From the NCBI GenBank assembly GCA_051047955.1, contig JBPGPT010000003.1:744001-808000 (forward strand): a stretch of DNA of 64,000 nt, given 5' to 3'. The DNA comes from Cystobasidiomycetes sp. EMM_F5. Its lineage: Eukaryota. The first letter of the stretch is position 1. Every line of letters starts with the position of its first letter. The translations under genes and the position numbers were made by a program. The notes below the pieces were generated by a model. That model was not told the DNA's origin. It saw only the letters and a program-made list of their open reading frames with translations, and made no database searches. Of this stretch, positions 54,610-64,000 are shown piece by piece.

Positions 54610-55278
54610 ATGATTTCCCGCATTAGAGCAGCTTTTGCGTCATCGAGTCCTACCATACAAAAATGCTGGAAGGTTGTCGCATGGCTGCCTCTTCCTGTTG
54701 TCTATTGGCAGCACGTAGGCAGTGTCCTGGTCATCGAAGGCCGAAGCATGCAGCCAACATTCAATCCAAACTCGAGCATGATGCACGAGGATGTCGTATT
54801 GCTCAACCGCGCAGCTAGATTGATCAAAGGAGGTTATCGCATTGGTGACGTAGTAGCTTTCTGGTAGATATCCTTTTGCTTGTCATAACAGTGCTCCCGC
54901 TGACGATGCCGTGTCATTCAGGCCACCGGGATCTAATACGTCAGACTGGGTAGTCAAGCGTATCATCGCCTTAGAAGGTGACATTGTACGAACACTACCG
55001 CCATACAAGGACAAGACGGTCCAAGTCCCGCCTGGACAGTGTTGGGTGGAAGGGGACGAACCACTGCGCAGCTTGGACAGCAACACCTACGGCCCTCTAC
55101 CTATCGGGCTGATCAGTGGGAGGGTGGAGGCGATACTGTAGGTTTCTCATACCCGTAGGCTTAGTGATGAGCTTACAAAGTACTCAGGTGGCCGCACTGG
55201 CGGAGTCGATGGATGCACCGCACCGTTCCTGAACCTGCTGCAAAGCGTGTCATATATCATCGCCGCAACGTTCGCTAG
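54610..55278 (+). CDS. IMP2: Mitochondrial inner membrane peptidase subunit (S26), Imp2-like
   Basis: Catalytic Ser in EGRSMQPT and Lys in VKRIIALEG; CWVEGDE..SLDSNTYGP.PIGLISG; last exon LWP...NVR*. Confidence 0.88.
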
Positions 55279-56050
55279 GTTGAGGTTCGGCCGCAAGCAC
55301 AGGGAGCACGCTGAGCATGCTGGCTCGTGTCTCACGTGCTACAACGCTTGGTTGAACGAGGAGGACTAGCTTGAAGCATAGGAAAACGATTTGGCAAGTA
55401 ATGCATCTTGACTAATCGCTCGACATGCCTCAATGGAGGACAGCGCAAACTGTCGTGATCACGTACAAGACTGTATCCGCTAAAGGGGAGCGTTCCGAAG
55501 GCCACGCTACTTAGCTGTCGTTGCACACTAGCGGCTTGCATGCGAGTGAGAAAATTAGAGTAGCTATCAAGAGCATCAGTCAAGGCCGAGAACCTTGGAC
55601 AGACGGCAACGAGACTCACTGGCAGGGTCCGCAATCGTGTCCGCGAGCCGTTGCAACCTCATCCTCGAAGATGGCGAACGCGCCAAGTGGAATATAAGTG
55701 CTCTGCGCTAGATGCACATCGTAGATATGGTCCATGGTTAGTTGTCGTTGCTGCTGATGATGTCCAGAAGTCAAAGTAAGGATCTAGGGTTTGGCTTCGT
55801 AAAAGTCTACGTGGTAGCAGGATCTATAGGCAACATTGTGTCAAAGCGTTTTAGTCAATACAGTGACGAGCGCTTGCGGGCCGACGTTACACCGCCGCCA
55901 GTAACGACTGTCATGTGGATGACAAGCATTGCGGTCAAAGTCTTACAGAAAAGCCACGATGCTCTGAAGATCAGATTATGGAGACACGACACATCTGTTG
56001 GTTTTCAAACAAAGTGCAACTACACTGGTTCGACCGAACGAATGACAGCG

Positions 56051-56442
56051 CTAGTAGTATTGCGTATATGGGTCGTATACATATGGCCGTGCATACGGAT
56101 GGTACGCTAGCGGTGGGTCCATTGCCATTGTTACGCGAGCATCGGTAATCCCGTAATCACCGTATATTGGATCAATCACTGGCACGCTTGCGCGTGGGTA
56201 AAGATTGGCTAGATGCACACCGGCATCGAGCGAGCTCAAATACGTGGGTCCGTGAAGTCCTCCGCCATATAATGCACCGTAGCGGCTTATACTGATCAAT
56301 CATCATCAGCACTGTTGTCCAGGTCTGTGTGTATGATTTCTTACACGTTTGTACCGTAGCCGGGCCGAAATATGCCACGACGTCTAAAGAGTGGAAGTCG
56401 GCTAAAACCGCTGCCAAAGTAACGTGGACGACCTATAGGCAT
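56051..56442 (-). CDS. Small Tyr/Gly/Pro-rich protein of unknown function (2 exons)
   Basis: MPIGRPRYFGSGFSR...GYGTNV|ISRYGALYGGG...PYVYDPYTQYY*. A GT-AG intron with branch-like CTGAT joins the two ORF fragments in frame. Confidence 0.6.
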
Positions 56443-56796
56443 GGTGATTATGTTGCACTTGAATGACCGTATGTCAGAATGTCGCGCGCCGAGGGTCGGA
56501 GAATTGGAGAGAGCTAGGTAGGTGGACACAACTCCGCTGGAAACCTGCAGTGCACTAACGGCATCGCCCCTTCCATTAGCGGGACGTACGCGTTGAGCAA
56601 ATCGCGCCGCTACCGTCCCAATACAGATGGCAGGGTCAGTCAATGATGCAAAAGAAATTGCGTGCATAGCGATCGATAGCGGTATACAAGACATGTGTTA
56701 ACATTTGCTGTGCAATGCGTATCTCAGTGAAGTTTCGCTAAGCCGCATGTCATGATATATTAGTACAACAGGGGAGCAGCTGCAAATACAGTCATG

Positions 56797-57127
56797 TCAG
56801 CTAATTGTACCTGTTAGCCTGTGTGGACAGAGTGCTTACGGTAGCCCCCATAATTGTAGCCTGGCATCCAGTTTGCCATGCCTGCTGGATATCCGGACAT
56901 TGTCATTGCCATGTACGGATCAATGGCTCCCGCATACATCGGTGATACACCGTACAACGATGTTGACGCCATTTGTGCAGCCATCATTTGGTCTGCTGCC
57001 AAACGTCTGCAGAAGCTCCGAGAGACACTTAGCGTGCTGCCGTGCATGGCAAATAAACAATCCTGTACCTTCTAGTCATGTAGCTTGACATCGGCCAATT
57101 ACCGCCATACATGCCGAAGCCGAACAT
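56797..57127 (-). CDS. Small Met/Gly/Tyr-rich protein of unknown function (3 exons)
   Basis: MFGFGMYGGNWPMSSYMTRR|RLAADQMMAAQ...IDPYMAMTMSGYPAGMANWMPGYNYGGY|RTIS*. Both introns are GT-AG with CTAA branch sites; start context CAAACATG. Confidence 0.62.
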
Positions 57128-57725
57128 GTTTGACAATTGAGTGGTAATCGAATACGTTGCTCAGATTTCCTGTAGAGCTGTGAAAAAGAGAGTAGAGCCG
57201 AGATCAGCGCATTGTGCGGTCATTATGTAGTCGTCTTGTTGCGGAGATTGGCCGACTCCCTTTGGCACATCCGCGGAGTTCACACGGTGGGCAAGTGAAT
57301 GTATCTGCGATGGAAGTCTTCCGAAAGTGCGGATATGGATGGCTCTCGCTATGGTTTGCCGACACATTGTTCGACAGGTCGGTCCGGGTGGAAGTGCTCT
57401 TTTTGCCCTGAAACCTTCAAGCTTAGCATGCTGTGCGCAACGAGCATTACCACACGAGGTGTAGCTCAAGCAAAGGGTTACTGTATTTAGTTATAGGCAG
57501 GTCAACCAGGAGCACATTGCAATTGGCATATATCGCTAGTGCTTTTATTCGGCTTTGGAAGCATTGCAGGCAGGGGTTCAGCACCTGGAGAACGCTTGTG
57601 CTGTCATGAGCTTCTGACGTTGATTCTTGGAAGTCTTCAGGTATGTTAGCGTGCGGCCAGACATGATGCGAATCCCAGACTCCCGCCGGCTTTCTCTAAG
57701 CACCAAACGGAATGACGCTGCACCA

Positions 57726-60700
57726 ATGGCAGAGCCGTTTCCGCAGAAGCCACGTATCATCAGGCAGTATGGGAAGCGTGCCAATCGAAGTTTGCAGAGT
57801 CGAGCAGTAATAGAGCAGCCCCGGCCTGGCCCATCAGAAACTCCAGCAGTAGCTACCACCTTGGACATAACTCCACAAACTCCCGCGCATCGAGGTTCTG
57901 AGCACCCATCTACGCTCGACGCTGGTCGGCAGTCGAAACGGAACTATGGCTCCTCTGCCGAACGAACCGGTTCAAGTGTCAGGCGTCGGAGGCGGCGAAC
58001 TATACCGCAGGACGCAACGGATACTGAGAGTATCCACACCGACTCAGACGTCAGCGAAGGATGTGTCGTAGTGGCAGCTTCCCGCCATAGGATAGTTGAG
58101 AAGCAAGACGTGCCATCTGTAGGGACGGCTGCAAGCTATTCTCCACACGCGGCCGCACAGTCTCGGCTAGCGAAACGGCAACGGCACATATCTCAAAGCT
58201 CTGACGAAGACAGTACTGTGATAGATGCGACCGCCGCAGGTTCTGCAGCGTACGCCATCCGTACTTCATTTGAGACGCATGGAAGCGGGCACTCTGTTCC
58301 ACTGGGATTAGCATATCCAGCAAACACGGCTGGGGAAATCGACAAGACTGAAGGAGCTGCATCGTCCTGCGTCAATACTAGACGCAACAATAGTAACGCA
58401 GGAATTCGTTCAGCTGCACGGAGACCAGGCATAGTCAGCCGGATGTCAGGCAAGACTGGGATTCAGCGGAGCGACAGCGAAAGATGTAAGGAACTTCTTC
58501 TGCAATATACCACGAGACTAACGAACGCCATAGCTCTACTGTCCTCGCCTGAGCGTCCCGGCAAAGGGCTATTGCGAAGTGGCTCAGAAGGGAATCTTGG
58601 CAGTCTAAGGAACCGCAGATACCGGGCCCCGTCGGATGCTTCATCGACACCAGGTTCACCTTCTCGTCACCTTGCTGCTGCTCAGTCCGCATCAGACGTG
58701 CCATCGGTCGAAGACAGTACAGCTACGAACGTGCCTGTCGATTCTCGACCTAGTAGTGACTTTCGTTCGAGTCATCGGGCTGCCACATCGGTCGCTCCCG
58801 TCCGCATTACGTATGCTCAGTCTCGCAGCTTTCGTGTCGAAATCGATTTGGCTGCGGAACAACCTGCAGACAGCTTGAGTAAAGCTGGGTCTTTGTCGCT
58901 ACTGACGGTCAAGAACAGTTACAATGACCTTCGACAGCGTCTCAGCCTAACGCGTTACGACACTTTCGACGACGACGAAGATGAAGACGACCAAGAGGTA
59001 ATTAGCTGTACTTTATTCACCGGACGCACACTTATGCATGTAGTGTCACCAGGCATCTCAGAGTGATTTGCACACAATCAATGACCTTAGATCGGCTGGC
59101 GATAGCAAGGCTTTTGCCGATGAGATGAATTACCTCTTGGATGGCTTCGGCAAAGGTCATTCGCTGGGACTCCACAGAACGAGGTCAGTACCGAGTGAAA
59201 ATTCGCAGAGTGAAAACACGCATCAGTTTCTGATGAATACCGTGCGACAGTGCCATCGAAGTTCTAAGGAAGCTTCGCGATAATGACTTCCTGCGAAAGC
59301 TGAATACGTATGGCTATGTTGACGTAGTATACAATTGCTTTGTAGCTACAACTACGGGACAGAGCGATCGTGTAAGTGGATCTACGCACGATTGGAAGAT
59401 AATCTCTGACTTCCACCGCAGATCCTGGAGGTAGCGTTAGCAATACTTGTCGGGCGATTCTCACGAGACAAGAAAGCATCTGCGACTTTGGTGACCATGA
59501 CGCAGAATGATAGCACCTCTAGCTGTATTGAGGCGTTGGCCAAGTTGTGCTTGCGCCCGTGGAGCATACAATCTCTAAGCACTTGTGCCGATCTCGACAA
59601 GAGCGACAGACGCTCCATGAATGCATTGCAAGACGTCGCTTCAGACTGGGGAATGACTCACGACGTGTGTCTATACTACCGTGTTGTCACGGCGAGGTTG
59701 GCTAAAAAAAGTGGATGCACAGTCTTCGCTCACGCAAATAGCCATAACTGCTTTGGCCAACCTTGCTCCCATCCACATGCCCATTATTGTTCCTGATGAT
59801 GCCGAGAAGAGCACGCTTCCATATCTTACTGCAATATCTGCCGTATTGGATGGAGCCCAAATGAGCATGATTACTTCAGCCGAGATAACCAAATGCAAGA
59901 ACTGCTGTTACGCGTTGGAAGCATTGGCCACCCATTGCCAGCACCGCGGCCTTTTGCAGAATCTGGATAAGTACGCCAGCCGAATTGGACAGTCGCTTGG
60001 ACAGTGGTGGAGTATTTGCGCGACACGCTGCAATTTGATGAGCCCGGACGCGCACGATGCTGCCTCATCCCATTGTAAGTGGCGGTACCAGTGTGCATAC
60101 TCTGCCCGCTGACTGCAATGCCAGGTTTCGACCTAATGATCGCATTGATGAAAACGCTTGTGTCGCTGACAAACGTCTCCGCTGAGTACTGCCGTACTTT
60201 TCTCACTGACTCTCATGGCGTCATGTCAACACTGTTGAAGATCATCCAAAATGTGCAAGCTGCTGAACCCCAAACATACATTGAGAAGCAGTCTCACGAT
60301 CGAGACAGAAGCTCCGAAGACATGATGGGTCTGAAAAGCAACGCTGCAACATTCGACGTGCTCTGCCTGACCATCGGCTTACTGGAAAACCTCCTCGAAA
60401 ATTGCCCAGAGCACTCAGAGCATATGCACGACCCGGGTGAGTGGAACCGTTCGTGTGGAACTGCAGGCCTCCTTTTGCTCAACTACACACATCCAGATGT
60501 TGGTCTGTGCGCGAGGCAATGCGTCACGTCGTGCGAGGGCTCAGATCGTGGTACAGGCGTAGAATTATTGAGTCGAATATATCTGAGATTACATCAAGCA
60601 AACGAAGTCGTACGTCATCATTTGTATTATCCTCATATTTTCGACCTGAAGATGATGCATTCCTGCGGCTAGGTCGAGCTCCAATTTCTCGGCAAATATT

Positions 60701-60936
60701 GTGCTCTCGCCATTGTCTACGCGATTGTCGATAGTGCAACTGCGCAGACCACCGTGTGTCGACAACTCGCAAATCATCAAGCTTCCTTGAAGACCCTGGT
60801 CGAAGTCATCAATGACCTAAGCCGTATGCACCAAGACAACTCCGCCCAAGATCACGATTCTATGGCGACGACAACGCGCAATCTGGCAGAAGCTGCGGCA
60901 CGCATGGAGACTTGTGAGTGGTTGGCAGCAGTGTAG
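57726..60936 (+). CDS. WPL1: Cohesin release factor Wapl/Wpl1 (Rad61)
   Basis: N-terminal RQYGKR, long disordered region with ITYAQSRSF, then HTINDLRSAGDSKAFADEMNYLLDG and helical repeats (LVSLTN, LCLTIGLLENL). Confidence 0.8.
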
Positions 60937-61303
60937 CATGCATGCCTGACCATCTTCTTCAGTTCTATCGTAGACGAGAGACGCGAAAGGCACAAACATC
61001 ACCGAAACTCCGGTGCCATCTCTTCGTTATGATTAAAACATTATGGAGCCCGACTGTCTTCTTACTTACGGCATTACACCATCTATATTACGCTTGCCGC
61101 TGTTCTGTTCTCCCCTAAGGAACCACAACAGCAGTGAGTATTTTTGAGTGGCAAAATTAGTCGCCTTGGCAACGGTGAGCTGTTGTGGGGTGGCAGTCGC
61201 ATGGCAGCCGTGCGTCAATACGTATACCGTTATCGACCACTTACCGAGTTGAAGCGCTGCCCATCGTCTCATTCCTGCCTTTCTCCTAACTCCGCTTCGG
61301 GCC

Positions 61304-63732
61304 ATGGATCAAGCTAAAAACAAACTCACTAATCAGCTGCGCGGGCGCAAGCTGATCTTCAATGTTCTCTTCTGGTCGTTCCATTGGGGCCTCTTCGCGT
61401 ATGGATGGTGGAAGCAGGTGCGCAATCACATGGCAATGTGCCACAGTAGTCCCTTCAAAATTTGACGAAACCTAATCCGTGTATTCCACTCGTTAGTTCT
61501 CGGATGCGCGGCTTGCTGGTCTGAACACTCTGAAGTTTTCGGTGTGGTTCTCCCGTGGTGGGCTTTCCGATTACATCCTGTCCTAAACTTCGAGTTTTAT
61601 CATAAACTAATCTCTCATGCGCAACAAGGCGCCGGTCTTGTGCTCGGTGTAGATGGCTTCTTGATCTTGCTACCCGGTATGCGTAGACATCTGACCTACT
61701 TACTTTCACCACTGAGTCATCCCAAGTCTGCCGCAACCTCATTATGCTGGTCCGTCCACATCTTACCTGTGGGCAACACTTAACGAGAAAGCCTTGCGAG
61801 AGCCACAGTTGATATGACTCCGCGCATTTAGGGCTTATGCCTTTGGACGAAAATATCTGGTTTCACCGCCAAATCGCTTACTCCATTTTGCTGTTTACTA
61901 CAATTCATACCACCGCTCATTGTAAGGTGCTGTCAGCGTCGACGTTTGTCATAGAACTCATTCTTTCCCCACCAGACGTGAATTTCTACAACGTCGAAGT
62001 ACGCCAATTGCGAGTAAATACCGCACTTGGCATACACTACACGCAGCCGGGCGGTTTCACTGGTCACATCATGTTGATTATCATGGTCCTCATGTACGTC
62101 AAGTGGTTATGTCTATATCTGCGAAGCCTCACTATCAGTTACAGGTATACGACGGCGCATAGCAAGATCCGGCACCAGAACTTTGAGCTGTTCTGGTATA
62201 CTCATCATCTGGCGTGAGTCGGGCTTGATGGCCAATACTAGGTGGACCTTAGGAGACCTTCTATATACACAGATTCTTCTGGTTGCTGGGCCTGTACACG
62301 CATGCATCCGGCTGTTTCGTCCGCGGCGCCCTTCCTGGACAGCCAGTACAGTGTATAGGGTACTTCACCAACCGCTTCACGATCGTCAGCGGAGTGTTAT
62401 ACTTCCTCGAGCGACTATTGAGAGTGTACCGGGGGAGTCAGGACACCAGCATCGTTGGAGTATTGATGCATCCCAGCGGAGCGATGGAGATCCGCTTCAA
62501 AAAGCCGAGCATGAAGTACAAGTCCGGACAATGGCTGTTCATCAACGTGCCAGAAGTCTCTAAATTTGAATGGTGAATATAGATATTCTTTTGAGGGGGG
62601 ACCATTCACATTGGACATCATCGCAGGCACCCTTTTACGATTTCTAGCGCCCCTGCGGATCCGTTCATTTCGATACACGTTCGCCAAGCAGGAGACTTTA
62701 CTAAAGCCCTCGGTGAACGACTGGGCTGCACGGCAAATCTTGCATCCCAACTGACCCTGCAGGCCAAACAAGGTGTCGAGAAGAAGGACACTCGCGCTAC
62801 CTACGGTCAAGGACAATTCTCAGATGTCACAGCCCGGAACGGATCCCTGCCTAGTCTCAAAGTGGATGGGCCGTTTGGTGCGCCCGCCGAGGACGTCTTC
62901 AAGTGCGAGATTGCTGTGCTTATTGGCACCGGTATCGGTGTTACGCCTTGGGCATCGGTTTTGAAAGACATTGGGTTAGTGTTCAGCCACATGACGGCAA
63001 CGTTTCGAAGCTGATGGTCAATGCTGTGTAAGCTATCGAGCTCGTCAAGGCAAGCTTGGAGGTTTGCGTAGAGTGGAATTCATCTGGAGTACGCTTTTGA
63101 CCTCGATCTGGGCTATACCACACTAAGTTCCCGAATCCAGTCAACCGAGATAGCGGAGCTTTCGAATGGTTCGCATCGCTACTGTAAGATCCATGCGCGA
63201 GTATCAAGGCTTGCGATATTGATTTAATCATTGCAGCAAAGATCTTGAAGAGTCATTTCCTGGCGACATGCTGCGAATTAATACATACATCACGTCAAAG
63301 ATGGACGAGGATACAATGTACAACATTGCCATCAACGACGTAGGCGCTCAATATGATCCTTTGACGAATCTCCGTTCGCGTACACATTTTGGTCGACCTG
63401 ACTGGGATCATATCTTCGGTTCCATGAGAAACAGCATCGAATTGGGCGCATACCTTCCCGGAATCGAGTCGACCCTCAAGACGACAGTATCAGTATTCTA
63501 CTGTGGACCGGCCGCACTGGCAAAAGACCTCAAGGCTAAGACTCAGCAAGCAAAGTCTTCGACGGTCGACTTCAAATTTTTGTAAGTTCACCTTCGCCAG
63601 ATATTCAGCGGAGAGCGAGACCTGACCTTATAAATCTTTTCGATGTTTCAGCAAGGAGCATTGTAAGTCTGGCCATTTCGCACTTCAGCCTCTCGTACCC
63701 AGTGCCGACCTGGCTTTGTCTTCACAGTTTAG
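61304..63732 (+). CDS. NOX1: NADPH oxidase Nox1/NoxA (gp91phox homologue)
   Basis: RKLIFNVLFW.FHW.LFAYGW, PLDENIWFHRQ, HTTAH, TGHIML, FWYTHHL, W|HPFTISS, DGPFGAPAEDVF, GTGIGVTPW, THFGRPDW, VFYCGP, terminal KEHF* built from micro-exons; no EF hands. Confidence 0.95.
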
Positions 63733-64000
63733 CGTAAGTTTAGCCGGCCTGTTAGACAGCCCCGATGCGTATTCGGACACGAAAAGCGTCCTCGCTCCTC
63801 GATCTCCGAAATATCATCAGTCGTTGTTGTGACAGTCTTGCTTGCCCCCGCTCTAAGCCCATGTAATCTGCCAACCGGCGAGCCCGGCACAATTCGCCTT
63901 TGCTACACACTTTGTCCGCCAGCGAGACGGCAATTGCGCACTCCAGAATGCTGTCGTCTCGCTTGCAGCATCCACACCTCTGGGCGGACAAGGAGAATGG

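Noticed and set aside
63752..64000. Minus-strand ORF fragment at the window end
   Set aside because: Too short and truncated, and no frame gives a recognisable protein.

Overview
Gene-dense, intron-rich (short GT-AG introns, many micro-exons) fungal genomic DNA. It is most likely a basidiomycete, with Pucciniomycotina a plausible but unproven guess. Conserved genes recognisable from motifs, in order: MGM101, VPS29, SMC2, SNF1, RPF1, a DUF2470-like membrane protein, EOS1, BUD32, an Argonaute with an intact DEDH tetrad, an aldehyde dehydrogenase, an M36 fungalysin, an MFS monocarboxylate-type transporter, a Derlin, a Ura1-like flavoenzyme (probably dihydrouracil oxidase), HIR1, a Whi3/Scw1-like RRM protein, a Gvp36-like BAR protein, IMP2, WAPL and Nox1. 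The most striking item is hidden by introns and does not show in the ORF track: a tandem array of five co-oriented, highly diverged secreted-protein paralogues (14132-20303). They share a C-x8/9-C segment, homologous intron positions and dibasic Kex2-type sites, and I recognise no known family for them. Also notable are a possible domesticated MULE/FAR1-type zinc-finger gene, a triplicated 19-bp palindrome upstream of the fungalysin, and two tiny tandem Tyr/Gly/Met-rich genes. All gene models were spliced by eye, so boundaries, especially 5' ends, are approximate. I found no rRNA, tRNA, CRISPR array or intact transposon.
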